From the IMG/VR virus record IMGVR_UViG_3300011868_000001, positions 32,001-96,000 of that record: a stretch of DNA of 64,000 nt; one strand, 5' to 3'. Each line of letters begins with the position of its first letter. Within the stretch, counting starts at the first letter, position 1. The position numbers were made by a program, and so were the translations under genes. The notes below the pieces were generated by a model, which ran no database searches, was not told where the DNA came from, and saw only the letters and a list, made by a program, of their open reading frames with translations. The stretch is from a virus. Its lineage: Duplodnaviria; Caudoviricetes. Positions 17,861-27,473 of the stretch are shown one piece after another.

Positions 17861-19378
17861 TCATGTGCGGAACATTGCTTGCAACACTCGCAGGTTCCTG
17901 GGCAACGACGGCGTGAATTCGACAGCAGCCTGGTTGGGCACTGTCTTAAGATCAGCGAACAGCTGTCGCATCAATTTTACGGGTGTCGCGGTGGGTGCGT
18001 AGCTCTGCAAGGTCTTCAGTGACACCGGCAGTCGCTCAACATCCAGATCAGGCTGGAAACGCTTGACTCTGAGCAAGGCAGTCATGTTCAACGGGGCGGT
18101 CAAGATGATCTTGAACTCATCTCCATTTTTCACCTGGAAGGTTCCAGTGATACCGTTATCCCAAGTCAGACGTGAGCCGACCGATGGCGCGAAGGAAATC
18201 GTTCCAACCCGGACATCTTTGAAATACACAATGCCTGATACCGTTTCCTGCGGGGTGCCGTTGATTACTGCTGAGATGGCAACTACGTTACTCAATCCTG
18301 CGTTGATCTCCTCACCACTGACGACTCCATTCCCCGTACTGATAAACAACACTTGGAAATCCAGCACGTAGTAGTACACCCGAAGAATCTCAACGCTACC
18401 GTCTTTGAGGTTAGCAGCTACTTGAATGGTAGTGCGTCCCTTACCGATTTGGAACGACGGCACGTTGCCCGGCAGATAAGACGGGGTCTGAGCCACGAAC
18501 ACACGGCTCTCGGAGCCGCCTGCATGGATCGATTCAGCGTTGGTCATCCCGGCATAAAGCGGATGATCGCCATAGGTACTGCGCAGGAAGCCAACGTTGA
18601 CTGGGACCCGATTATAGTCCCCTGAGAACCAGCAACCGAATCGTGTCACCACCCGGTTGGCCATGTTGAAAAACCCAGCCCGTGAGGCAATGGCTTCTTC
18701 GATGGTGTTGAGAACAGGGCCGTGGTCGGTCACAACAAACAGTCCGTTGCCTTGTTCACGATAGAGGACCATGGCATCAACCGCTTGCTCGGTGATCCGG
18801 TCAGAACCAGCAGCACTGGTACTGGACATCAGAATGACGCAGGCGTACTGATTCAGTTCGCTCAAAGTCGGATTGAGTCGAGTATTGGGGTAATCGGCTG
18901 CATCTTTGATCGTGAGTTCAAAACCTGCAATCTGGGCCAGTCGAGTAAAGCTCACCGCAAAACCACTGCTGTTGACAGCGTCTTTGACCATGTAACTGCC
19001 AGTGGTCTGATCACCCAAGAGCAGGACCTTACGATTGCCGATGGCTAGCTTTTCAGGATTGGCAATGAAGTTCAGGGTGTTGTAAAGGAACTTGAAGCTT
19101 GCAGGAAGCTGAGCAAACGGTGTCCCTGCGGCTGGCGCCATGCTGTTATAGAACTTTGGAAAACCACCGTCATAGACGACATTGCCCAGACCATCTTGAG
19201 TGACAGCAATAAACGGAACCGGCGGTGAACTGGTGTCGTACGCCACGTACTTGGAAATCGATGGCGCACCCGCATTGACGGTGTACTGTACACTCTCCAC
19301 CTCGCCAGACAGTACGAGGTTGACGGTGGTGGGGTTATCGTAAAACCCCGGCTGCTTATCGAACGATACGTTGGACAT
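17861..19378 (-). CDS. putative virion/tail structural protein
   Basis: 505 aa, within the tail operon. Confidence 0.55.
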   Translation of the reverse strand: MSNVSFDKQPGFYDNPTTVNLVLSGEVESVQYTVNAGAPSISKYVAYDTSSPPVPFIAVTQDGLGNVVYDGGFPKFYNSMAPAAGTPFAQLPASFKFLYNTLNFIANPEKLAIGNRKVLLLGDQTTGSYMVKDAVNSSGFAVSFTRLAQIAGFELTIKDAADYPNTRLNPTLSELNQYACVILMSSTSAAGSDRITEQAVDAMVLYREQGNGLFVVTDHGPVLNTIEEAIASRAGFFNMANRVVTRFGCWFSGDYNRVPVNVGFLRSTYGDHPLYAGMTNAESIHAGGSESRVFVAQTPSYLPGNVPSFQIGKGRTTIQVAANLKDGSVEILRVYYYVLDFQVLFISTGNGVVSGEEINAGLSNVVAISAVINGTPQETVSGIVYFKDVRVGTISFAPSVGSRLTWDNGITGTFQVKNGDEFKIILTAPLNMTALLRVKRFQPDLDVERLPVSLKTLQSYAPTATPVKLMRQLFADLKTVPNQAAVEFTPSLPRNLRVLQAMFRT

Positions 19379-19390
19379 CTTCCCAGCCCC

Positions 19391-19915
19391 TTAGACAATC
19401 TTCGGCGGCACTGTCACTCGAACGTAACATTCGATGGCCTTACCGGATTCATTGGAGACCATGACGTAACGATTACCCTTGATCCCGTAGACGACGTAGG
19501 CCTGGGCACTGACGAAGGCATTGAGCGTAGGTGAGCCAGCTACAGTGTCTTTAACACGTACCTCAATGTCCACAGCGGTCAGGTCGTACAGCGCAGCGTT
19601 GGTACCAAGCAGCGTCTGTAGATCGTATTGCTTGAGTTGGTCAATGGCCAGGTTGACGGTTTCTTTGACCGGGGTAACGGTCCGCAGTTGTTGCTTGGCA
19701 GCCGCGCTCAGGGCGACTTCCAAAACAACAGTCTCATCTCCGTGAACCATCTCGCTACCGGTGACGTCACCGGTCACACGTAGTTCGAACGGTGCACTCA
19801 ATTTATTGGCACTGACGGCTGCTTCCGTCTTCCCGAGCTTGTCGTCGAGTTTTTCGGAGATTGCTGTGAGCAGCGTCATGAACTTAGCCTTAAAGGCTTC
19901 GATTCTATTTGACAT
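19391..19915 (-). CDS. short tail-fibre-like protein sharing its N-terminal attachment domain with 15574..17820
   Basis: KLGKTEAAVSANKLSAPFELRVTGDVTGS versus KLDKTAPAVSAYKLTNPFNLIVTGDATGT. Confidence 0.75.
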   Translation of the reverse strand: MSNRIEAFKAKFMTLLTAISEKLDDKLGKTEAAVSANKLSAPFELRVTGDVTGSEMVHGDETVVLEVALSAAAKQQLRTVTPVKETVNLAIDQLKQYDLQTLLGTNAALYDLTAVDIEVRVKDTVAGSPTLNAFVSAQAYVVYGIKGNRYVMVSNESGKAIECYVRVTVPPKIV

Positions 19916-19960
19916 TTTGTTTACCTAATCGTACGACAAGGGGATATTCGTATTTTTTTA

Positions 19961-19969
19961 CATAGAATT
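19961..19969 (-). promoter_or_regulatory. putative late promoter (AATTCTATG) heading the tail operon
   Basis: TATG is the established phiKZ late-promoter motif; the same extended motif precedes many structural genes here. Confidence 0.55.
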
Positions 19970-19990
19970 GCCCCAAAATAAAAGGGAGGC

Positions 19991-20034
19991 GACATACATG
20001 CAGGAGGGTCCGAAGACCCTCCTGCATGTATGTC
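19991..20034. terminator. 20-bp perfect stem-loop (CATA-hairpin-TATG family)
   Basis: GACATACATGCAGGAGGGTC-CGAA-GACCCTCCTGCATGTATGTC. Confidence 0.75.
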
Positions 20035-20830
20035 AAGGATAAATGCTGTCTCGCCAAATACGAATCTGGTTTTTACACCAGTACGGGGAACGACCTTTAT
20101 AGGTAATCGGTTTGGGAAATGGAGGTTTATGAGAGGGGACTCGTCCATAACGGTAACGTGACAATGTAGTCGAAGCGATGCCCAGTGCTTTCATCACTTC
20201 AGCGGCTGACAACAGATTACTCCAATCTATCTCATCTGGAAGGCGATCAACATCAACCTGCATGATCTGTCTGATCGCATCCAGCTGTTTATCCCATGTA
20301 CACCCCCATTGAGCTAGTAGATCTATAGCCGTCTGAGACGGTAGTTGACGAATCAATGCCTTGGCCCAGGTGTCGATCTCGCTGATCAAGGTTTTGACCA
20401 GCACAGGCGAACCTCCCTGGACCGGACATCCTTGAGAGTTCAGGCACAACACAGTGCCGACCGGAACAGCCAACGCCCTTAGCATGGGATCAGATACCAC
20501 CAACATTCCAAGTCGGGTGGTTTTATCAGTTACCTCGACGCAGACTCGTTGTTTCTCCGGCGGTCCAAAGACACCATGGTTAGTCGAATGCGTAATCAGT
20601 AGACGATGCAGTTTACGCATGGTCTTACTGTAATCATTCAAGGTTTGTAAAATTTCGGCCCAGTCGTCCAACACCACCGCATTGGTCAGAACTTCTTCCA
20701 GTGCCTCACGACCGGCTTTAACTGACCGAATAACCACCCCGGTCAACAGTTCTATCACGACCCAGCCTTCGAACGGCAGGGATTCAAAGCGACAAATTCG
20801 CTTGTTCGTTACATCGTGAAAATAGATCAC
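20033..20830 (-). CDS. protein with C-terminal AlpA/excisionase-like HTH
   Basis: LLSAAEVMKALGIASTTLSRY...FPKPI...RSPYW; GTG start after AAGGAG. Confidence 0.7.
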   Translation of the reverse strand: MIYFHDVTNKRICRFESLPFEGWVVIELLTGVVIRSVKAGREALEEVLTNAVVLDDWAEILQTLNDYSKTMRKLHRLLITHSTNHGVFGPPEKQRVCVEVTDKTTRLGMLVVSDPMLRALAVPVGTVLCLNSQGCPVQGGSPVLVKTLISEIDTWAKALIRQLPSQTAIDLLAQWGCTWDKQLDAIRQIMQVDVDRLPDEIDWSNLLSAAEVMKALGIASTTLSRYRYGRVPSHKPPFPKPITYKGRSPYWCKNQIRIWRDSIYP

Positions 20831-20885
20831 GGAATTCTCCTTATCGGTTAAGCGGCATAGAGGCTCCCGAAGGAGCCTCATGTCA

Positions 20886-21119
20886 TCACTGCTTGGAAAA
20901 GATCACCTTACCATGCTGATCGCGGATACGGATGACGCTGTGCTGATCGACACCATGGTCAATAGCGAAATCCTTAAGCGCTCTGATTTCCCAGGCCTTG
21001 GACAAGGCTGCCCGGAGCCTGAACCACGTGCTTACTGAAACCGGGATGTAGTACCCATCGGCCACAATGGTGTAATCGGCACGAGTATCGGCTTTGGGAA
21101 TCATCAATTTTACAGCCAT
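20886..21119 (-). CDS. hypothetical protein
   Basis: RBS AGGAGG before MAVKLM. Confidence 0.65.
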   Translation of the reverse strand: MAVKLMIPKADTRADYTIVADGYYIPVSVSTWFRLRAALSKAWEIRALKDFAIDHGVDQHSVIRIRDQHGKVIFSKQ

Positions 21120-21132
21120 GACAACCTCCTTG

Positions 21133-21438
21133 TTAACGGAATGCGCCTTCGAGCAGGTCGGCCAGTGCGGCGTAGCCTGGTTCGAAGCCATCAGCGGTGA
21201 TGAACAAGCCATAGCCTGTCGGTAGGCGTGAGACCGGGTCGGGTCCGATATCATTGATCAGCAAGATACGGTGTCGATCGCTCTTTAGGCGATAGGCGTG
21301 GTTCTTCTTGAAGTGCGTGACATCCAAGGCCACCAGGTCTTTGGCTTTCTTGAGCTGGGTACGCAGTCTCACGGTCGCATTGAACAACAGTGCATCGCCC
21401 TCGGTTACATCGTCGTCATCGACATGGTTGTCGGTCAT
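21133..21438 (-). CDS. hypothetical protein
   Basis: ATGA-coupled to the upstream gene; RBS AGGAG. Confidence 0.65.
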   Translation of the reverse strand: MTDNHVDDDDVTEGDALLFNATVRLRTQLKKAKDLVALDVTHFKKNHAYRLKSDRHRILLINDIGPDPVSRLPTGYGLFITADGFEPGYAALADLLEGAFR

Positions 21439-21800
21439 GCTGGTGCTCCTGTTAGCAGATACTGGGTAATGAACCAGAGGTAGAAATACACCGCCGGGTA
21501 ATTCAGTCCGCAATCGATCATGTGCTGCGCGAGTGACTTGTCGTTCATGGTCACCGGTTTGGTGCTCATGGATATCAGTGAGGTGATATCGGCCTTATTG
21601 ACGGGGTTCCAGCCACCGAATGCCCAAAGGTAGAACCGACCGGCATTGATAAAGGGAATCCGACCAATGCGATACCGCCAGGTCTGATCTACAGCCTTCA
21701 GTTCACCTGAGACCTGAGGGTAAAGGGTGCTGTGAACAACGTACGCGATCAACACGGTGCCAATCAACGCGATAGATGAGATGAGGAAATAGTGCCACAT
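21435..21800 (-). CDS. membrane protein
   Basis: N-terminal hydrophobic helix; TATG motif upstream. Confidence 0.65.
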   Translation of the reverse strand: MWHYFLISSIALIGTVLIAYVVHSTLYPQVSGELKAVDQTWRYRIGRIPFINAGRFYLWAFGGWNPVNKADITSLISMSTKPVTMNDKSLAQHMIDCGLNYPAVYFYLWFITQYLLTGAPA

Positions 21801-21874
21801 GGTTAACTGCCTAAGGGATGGTAAGGATTCATAGAATCCCTACCGGATGTGTTAAATTAATAACGATTGATGAC

Positions 21875-22390
21875 TCACTCCTTTTCAGGTGTGCAGAATC
21901 GATCAAGCCAGGTTCGTCTGAACTCCCGACGTTTGCGGGTGATCAATCTCCGGATGGACAACTCACCACTGATCACCTGGTGGGTCTCATCGACCGAGAG
22001 CGTGATGTCACCGTAGACAATGACGTTATTGACTGACCAGAAGACCTCGCTGCCGTCCTCACCAAGTTCGGCCTGGAATTTATCCCGGTGGATACCGGTA
22101 ACGTACTCCAATGCCCGAATCAGCTCCGTACCGTAGCCTTTACGACGTAAGGTGGGTTTCACATACGCCATGATCTTGTTGGTGCGCCTATGGTGCACTG
22201 CACAGCCCACCAGCCGACCATTGACTTCAAGGGCGACGACCTTGTACTGAGAGGGTTTGTGGCCGTCCCAGATTTCATCAAGGATGCCGTGCATAGTGCC
22301 CAGCCGACCGTTGTGCAACTCGGCATCAAGACACATTGAAGCCACAGCTACTTGGTCGTTGAACACATACTTAACGACGTCTTCTGTCAT
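21875..22390 (-). CDS. GNAT family acetyltransferase
   Basis: AYVKPTLRRKGYGTELI acetyl-CoA-binding motif A. Confidence 0.85.
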   Translation of the reverse strand: MTEDVVKYVFNDQVAVASMCLDAELHNGRLGTMHGILDEIWDGHKPSQYKVVALEVNGRLVGCAVHHRRTNKIMAYVKPTLRRKGYGTELIRALEYVTGIHRDKFQAELGEDGSEVFWSVNNVIVYGDITLSVDETHQVISGELSIRRLITRKRREFRRTWLDRFCTPEKE

Positions 22391-22640
22391 AACCCCCTCG
22401 CTTCATGTGTGGAATGCGTTCTGATCGCGGGCGGTTGACATTGCTGTCCAGCCCCTTGAGCTTGTTCTTAAACCGTTTGGACGTGATCAGCAGGTCGATA
22501 GCATGGCGTTCGTCTGGATGAATGGCGTCGACTACCGGATACATTTCGCACCCTCCTCTATTTTCGTTTTCAGCTTATCGATGATGTCGACATAACGGGC
22601 CGACAAGGACGCCGGCTGCGCCCTTGACGACCTCGTCAGC

Positions 22641-22910
22641 TTATTGTTGCGGCACGGTCAGATCAATCACAGGGCCGGTACCCCATTGATCGTAACGGCG
22701 CTTGAGGTGCACATAACGCTCGGTCATCTGCAACTGGGTACTCAGACGTTCGTAGGCAGGATCACTGGTCGGTGTACTGGCCAAGACACTACGATACCAC
22801 TTGATGTCCTCCTCCATGTCATGTAATTCACAGCCATGAAGCGAATGGCTGTTGTATTCATCATACTGCTCTGGAGTCAGAGGACCGGTGTTCTCGACAT
22901 CATGTTCCAT
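22641..22910 (-). CDS. hypothetical protein
   Basis: Likely start MEHDVEN. Confidence 0.55.
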   Translation of the reverse strand: MEHDVENTGPLTPEQYDEYNSHSLHGCELHDMEEDIKWYRSVLASTPTSDPAYERLSTQLQMTERYVHLKRRYDQWGTGPVIDLTVPQQ

Positions 22911-23586
22911 GGTTATTCTCTTGGGTGTCTGATGGGGTGCGCACTGCAGCGAGGGCTTCTTGAAGATCACGCAGAGGCACTCGCCATTTGTGATTGCCAT
23001 CGAGATGATAGGTAAATGGGTAGAAGAATTCGTCGAAGTCTTCGCGGGTCATCCACAGCGTCTCGCCTGTTTTGAGGGGTCGACTGAAACACTCCCCCTC
23101 ATCGAGTTTGATGGAGGCGACATACCGTCCGTGGTGTAGATTATCATGGGCGGTGTTGATACGCACCTCCATACCGCTTTGCAAAACTGCTCTGATTGGC
23201 GGGGCGTCCTGTTGACGGGCTTTGGCAGCGATCATCATCTGATGCGCTGTCCAGTCTCCATATGGTCGGTCCTTATCAACCGGCTGCATCGCTTCGGCGA
23301 TGTCGGTATCGGTGTGTTCTCCAATGGTGACTTTGATCAGTGTCTTAGAACCTCGTCCCAAGCAATGTCTGAGGCTTCCGGCAGCGGCACCGATTGCAAA
23401 CTCATTGGTTGACGAGCCACGGTTGGTGTCGATCAAATATTGTAGCCAGCGGATCTTGGTGGCCAGGTCTTCGAAGTTTGGTTCATAGTCTTTGACGCAT
23501 GAACGACAGAGGCCAAACGCATTCAGCGAGAAGGGATTCGAGACGTGCTTACACTCTATGCACGCGGCTGGCTCGAGAAAATTCAT
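22900..23586 (-). CDS. hypothetical protein with N-terminal CxxC-CxxC zinc finger
   Basis: CIEC...CRSC; RBS GGAG. Confidence 0.6.
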   Translation of the reverse strand: MNFLEPAACIECKHVSNPFSLNAFGLCRSCVKDYEPNFEDLATKIRWLQYLIDTNRGSSTNEFAIGAAAGSLRHCLGRGSKTLIKVTIGEHTDTDIAEAMQPVDKDRPYGDWTAHQMMIAAKARQQDAPPIRAVLQSGMEVRINTAHDNLHHGRYVASIKLDEGECFSRPLKTGETLWMTREDFDEFFYPFTYHLDGNHKWRVPLRDLQEALAAVRTPSDTQENNHGT

Positions 23587-23694
23587 GGCTGGTACTCCGA
23601 TATATAGGTTAGGTTCTCCCGAATGATGTATGATCAAGAAAAAATCCATTACACTTAAAGGCCCGAGGGAATCCCTCGGGCTCAGTATGTCGCG

Positions 23695-23988
23695 CTACAT
23701 CGATCCAAACCCGAAGTTACCGTCTGCACTTATGCAGCTGGCACTGATCTCGGTTTTACCGCCCACCGCCGGACGGAATTCAATCCGCACCTCGTATTGC
23801 TCAGTATCCCCGACGCATTCGGTGATGACGACGTCCCCATCCCCTTGTTGTTCCCTGTACTCATTGAGCTTGCTGATGGTGAAGTCACCTTCAAGGGTTT
23901 CGACGCACTCTGCGCGCCAATCCACCTGCGGGTCTTCCTTGAGGGCCAGCAGGTCAGCACGGGTCATTGTCTGCGGGATCTTGATCAT
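23695..23988 (-). CDS. small acidic hypothetical protein
   Basis: ATGA-coupled to the upstream ORF. Confidence 0.65.
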   Translation of the reverse strand: MIKIPQTMTRADLLALKEDPQVDWRAECVETLEGDFTISKLNEYREQQGDGDVVITECVGDTEQYEVRIEFRPAVGGKTEISASCISADGNFGFGSM

Positions 23989-24239
23989 GATTTGCTTCCT
24001 CTATGTTCGGGTGGGTTATCACGATAATGCATGGCTGCCATGTCCATGCCTTTGTCGGTCAGGAGATTCGACTGACGTTTGGTGTAATCTTTCTTGGCTA
24101 CACCGATCATGATGAGCTCGGTCATCCCTGCTTTACTGGGAAGGTCACCATCTTCCTGAGGACCGTAGAAATGCAGCTTATCCAAGACGTCAAGCGCACC
24201 GGCACTGACTTTGATGTCACCTATCTGATAATCAGTCAT
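23985..24239 (-). CDS. hypothetical protein
   Basis: ATGA-coupled chain of small ORFs. Confidence 0.65.
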   Translation of the reverse strand: MTDYQIGDIKVSAGALDVLDKLHFYGPQEDGDLPSKAGMTELIMIGVAKKDYTKRQSNLLTDKGMDMAAMHYRDNPPEHRGSKS

Positions 24240-24445
24240 ACCAGCCCCACAGGATCGCGTGTAACAAGGTGTGGGTTATATGGATCGTTGACCTTAACCG
24301 TGTGGGTCTTTACGATGGGTTTGGGTTCGGGTTTCGGTTCAGGGGGCGGAGGAGGTGTTTGACTCTGACCTAGGGCAGGTAGAGTCACGCAGACAGACAC
24401 ACTCAGGCCAAGTAGCTTGAGTAATTTACGTCGTTGCATGGTCAT
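24236..24445 (-). CDS. small Pro-rich peptide with twin-arginine-like signal
   Basis: QRRKLLKLLG, hydrophobic stretch, ALG, then PPPPPEPKPEPKP; RBS AAGGAG. Confidence 0.65.
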   Translation of the reverse strand: MTMQRRKLLKLLGLSVSVCVTLPALGQSQTPPPPPEPKPEPKPIVKTHTVKVNDPYNPHLVTRDPVGLV

Positions 24446-24451
24446 GACTCC

Positions 24452-24952
24452 TTAAACGGTGGCTGGGGTGTTATCGATAGCGTTGAGATGGAAATTCTCG
24501 CCGTCGAATTCGAAAACGAAATCCTTGTGCAGGAACTTACGCACCGGCACCTTGACACTGATAGCACCGAGTAGATTACACAGGTACATGCGTTGCGCCA
24601 GGCCCTGTATATTGACTGCGTAATCGTAACGACCGCAGTTCTCGGTGACGATATTGATAAGTGCTGTCTGCCGACTGACGATGATCTTGAAACTGCTATA
24701 GATTGGTGTCTGCAGCAGACAGATGATCTTCCGGTCAGCGAAGATATCGCACACTGCATTCAATGCCTCGTGCATCGTCAAAGTGTGCGAGCCATTGAAT
24801 AGATTGACCAGACGGGTCAGCACTTCGACCGAGACCTTACCAAACTCGGTGAAGTCAATCATTGCCTCATTGGATTGCTCATCCGGTTTCATAGCCTGGA
24901 GGAAGGGTTCGAGCGTGTCAAAATATTCTTTTACTTCTGCCCGCATGGTCAT
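24452..24952 (-). CDS. hypothetical protein
   Basis: RBS AAGGAG before MTMRAEV. Confidence 0.65.
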   Translation of the reverse strand: MTMRAEVKEYFDTLEPFLQAMKPDEQSNEAMIDFTEFGKVSVEVLTRLVNLFNGSHTLTMHEALNAVCDIFADRKIICLLQTPIYSSFKIIVSRQTALINIVTENCGRYDYAVNIQGLAQRMYLCNLLGAISVKVPVRKFLHKDFVFEFDGENFHLNAIDNTPATV

Positions 24953-25122
24953 GGCTCCTTTGACTGTTCGATAGTTAGGGGTAGCGGCTGTTTGACAGCC
25001 GCCTCCATCTCCAAGGTTGTCTGGGCAATCATGTAAAGCACCCACAAGGAGATCATGCACAGGACAGCGACCAGGAGCGCGTACCACTGAGGTTCCTGAT
25101 CTGGGGGTTTATTGCTCATTAC

Positions 25123-25506
25123 TCAACTACTTGGATGACTGACCAATTCAAAAGGTAGGGTCACTTCGTCCCCTAGACGACTGCCGACAAAGCCGCGACA
25201 GAACCACACGAGGATGTCACCGGGCTTACCGTCGATGGCATCACGCCAGTTAACACCATGCTGTTCGGTGAGCCAGGTTGTGATTTCACGCCAGTGTTTG
25301 TCGATGATGGGACCGGCTTGTTCCCAGCTGACATCCGGGCGGTAGAATCCTCGGTCCTTGTATACAAGGATGCGATGGCCCGATCCATACACCGGTGGAA
25401 ATACTTCAAACGACTCGCCACGTGCTTGGGCCATGGCGTGTCGCAATAGTGGACCGGACAGATCACTGACCGCAACCTTTACACTCACTGGAATAGGGGC
25501 GTTCAT
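25123..25506 (-). CDS. DUF2591/NinX-like phage protein
   Basis: LSGPLLRHAMA...YRPDVSWEQAGPIIDK...SRLGDEVTLP. Confidence 0.7.
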   Translation of the reverse strand: MNAPIPVSVKVAVSDLSGPLLRHAMAQARGESFEVFPPVYGSGHRILVYKDRGFYRPDVSWEQAGPIIDKHWREITTWLTEQHGVNWRDAIDGKPGDILVWFCRGFVGSRLGDEVTLPFELVSHPSS

Positions 25507-25515
25507 GGACTGGTC

Positions 25516-26187
25516 TCATTCAGTCTTCTGGGTCATGGTGCGTTGTTCGACATACTCGGCCAGTGACTCCATGTACCGAGGGGCATGCAAGTCCCAGAGT
25601 ACCTGTGCCGATGGCGTGTAGAGCTTAGCGCTTTTCATGAACGCGGTCTGTCCAGCGAGCATGTCTTGGTAGCTCACCTCAGCGCCACGAGCGATGGAGA
25701 TTTCGGCTCGCAAACCCTCCATAACGTCTTCGGGAGTGCCAAGGTGCGAGGTGTACAGCAAGTCCGCATCACGCAGGACCTGCTCCATGAGGTTGCGAGG
25801 TTCCTGAGTAAAGGGGAACACTGTGCAACGGATCGCCTGTTCAGCGGCCTCGACTTCCTCGATGGTAGCACCCGCACCAATCAGATCAATGGAGAAATCT
25901 GACAGCGCTTGAACCGCCCTTTCGATATTCTCGGTATCGGGTGCGGTACCTGCACTGTGATTGAAATCGTGGAACAGTGCCGCCATCAACAAGACCACTT
26001 CAGGACGGACGGCGGTGATGGTTGACTCTTTCTTTTCCAGCTCCCATAGTTCTTCACAGATTGCATGGACACCGAGCATGTGAGCGTTGTTATGGTACGG
26101 CGCTTCTGCAGCGGCGTTATGATTGCGCAACGCATTAAACGCCTCCATCATGATGCGGTTGATGGTAACCAACGTATCTAACGTCAT
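25516..26187 (-). CDS. HD-domain phosphohydrolase (PDEase-like)
   Basis: PYHNNAH...AALFHDFNH...RDADL. Confidence 0.85.
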   Translation of the reverse strand: MTLDTLVTINRIMMEAFNALRNHNAAAEAPYHNNAHMLGVHAICEELWELEKKESTITAVRPEVVLLMAALFHDFNHSAGTAPDTENIERAVQALSDFSIDLIGAGATIEEVEAAEQAIRCTVFPFTQEPRNLMEQVLRDADLLYTSHLGTPEDVMEGLRAEISIARGAEVSYQDMLAGQTAFMKSAKLYTPSAQVLWDLHAPRYMESLAEYVEQRTMTQKTE

Positions 26188-26203
26188 TGTAGAGTCCTTT
26201 CTT

Positions 26204-26443
26204 TTAAATGGCTGACGGATTACGTGCATGAAAAGAATCGTAAATAGCGTAATCGGCCGCTAACACGTGACGTGGATGATTCTGATTTAAATCCAATGGA
26301 CCACCCACTGTACAACCGGCGGTCCAAAATAGATTGCCATCTGAATCTCGCCCATACTGGACATAGTTTTCAGACCAACCACCATGAATCGGTTTGAAGT
26401 ATTGCCCTATACGGCATCTTCGCGCCGCTGTTTTAAAATCCAT
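26204..26443 (-). CDS. hypothetical protein
   Basis: 79 aa; RBS AGGAG. Confidence 0.55.
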   Translation of the reverse strand: MDFKTAARRCRIGQYFKPIHGGWSENYVQYGRDSDGNLFWTAGCTVGGPLDLNQNHPRHVLAADYAIYDSFHARNPSAI

Positions 26444-26521
26444 GTGACTCCTATCTTGCTTGTTGCCAGTGGGGTGTAGACCAAATGAAGAGGGTGGGTT
26501 TCCCCACCCTCCATGCCAGTG

Positions 26522-26857
26522 TCAGCGGTCGTTTGACCACCTGACCGAGTCTGGGCCGAGTTCAAGGATGTCAGCCCCCAGCCCAACGAACGCGGCGATC
26601 ATGTCCCCGACCATTGCCTTGAACGCTGGGTAATCTGTCGCGGCGAGGCCGTTCTCCGTCATGAGTCGAATGAAGGTTTCATCAGACACGGCGGTCGTGC
26701 GGTAAACCTGATTACACAGACCAGTCGCTAGCGCATCGCGCTGCAGGGCGGACATGGCCGGGTATAATGTTTGTAGACGTAGATTGAACGCCTTCTGTGC
26801 GAACGGCCGTTCAGCCTGCGCGATCTTCTTCGCCAGTTGTACTGATTCAGTTGACAT
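26522..26857 (-). CDS. hypothetical protein
   Basis: 111 aa; RBS AAGGAG. Confidence 0.7.
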   Translation of the reverse strand: MSTESVQLAKKIAQAERPFAQKAFNLRLQTLYPAMSALQRDALATGLCNQVYRTTAVSDETFIRLMTENGLAATDYPAFKAMVGDMIAAFVGLGADILELGPDSVRWSNDR

Positions 26858-26872
26858 GGTGTTTCTCCTTCA

Positions 26873-27169
26873 TCACACCGCCACAGGGGCTTTGATGTGT
26901 GGATGAGCCACGTAATCCACCAGTTCAAAGTCATCGATGGAAAACCCAAAGATGTCCGTGACCGCCTTGTTGAGTTTCATCTTGGGCAGTTCGTGGGGAG
27001 TACGCGACAGTTGTAGATCGGCCTGCTCTACGTGGTTACTGTACAGGTGCGTGTCGCCGCCGGTCCAGATGAATTCACCTAGCGCCATGTTGCAGACCTG
27101 CGCCACCATCATGGTCAGTAACGCATACGACGCGATATTGAACGGCACCCCGAGGAAAATGTCCGCACT
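26873..27169 (-). CDS. thyA: thymidylate synthase, exon 2
   Basis: [15 protein letters not shown]...GDTHLYSNH...[10 protein letters not shown]. Confidence 0.95.
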   Translation of the reverse strand, partial: SADIFLGVPFNIASYALLTMMVAQVCNMALGEFIWTGGDTHLYSNHVEQADLQLSRTPHELPKMKLNKAVTDIFGFSIDDFELVDYVAHPHIKAPVAV

Positions 27170-27473
27170 CGATCTGCGGAGGTTCAATCAAGTTCGTTAG
27201 ACCTGACCCGTCAAGGTTTCTCATGTCTTGACCGCTGTATGTCTCCATACAGACCAGACTATATCATGACCTCCTTCCTTAGAGGTCCCTCCCATTTCGA
27301 GGTCACTTGACCCCTACTCTACTCGGTTCGCCTGACTCATCAATGAGGCGCCTTTCGTTAGTCGTTGAACGTTCCCCTGTACGGGGCTTCGCTGCTGATT
27401 GTCTCAATGAGATGTCCCAGCAATTAGAGAGGTTATTCGACCAAGGTCACCCTTGGAAGGCGCAGTGGTGTTT
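27170..27473 (-). ncRNA. group I self-splicing intron (304 nt, no internal ORF) in thyA
   Basis: Exon 1 ends in U (CAG CGU) and the intron ends in G. Removal restores YQR|SAD in frame. P1 GCGU/GCGC has a U-G pair; P10 pairs CACU/AGUG. Core motifs AAUUGCUGGGA, AAUCAGCAGC, GUUCAACGACUA and AUAUAGUC are present. Confidence 0.92.

Noticed and set aside
20033-20830. AlpA/excisionase HTH as evidence of a prophage or integrative element
   Set aside because: No integrase, att sites or host genes in the window.
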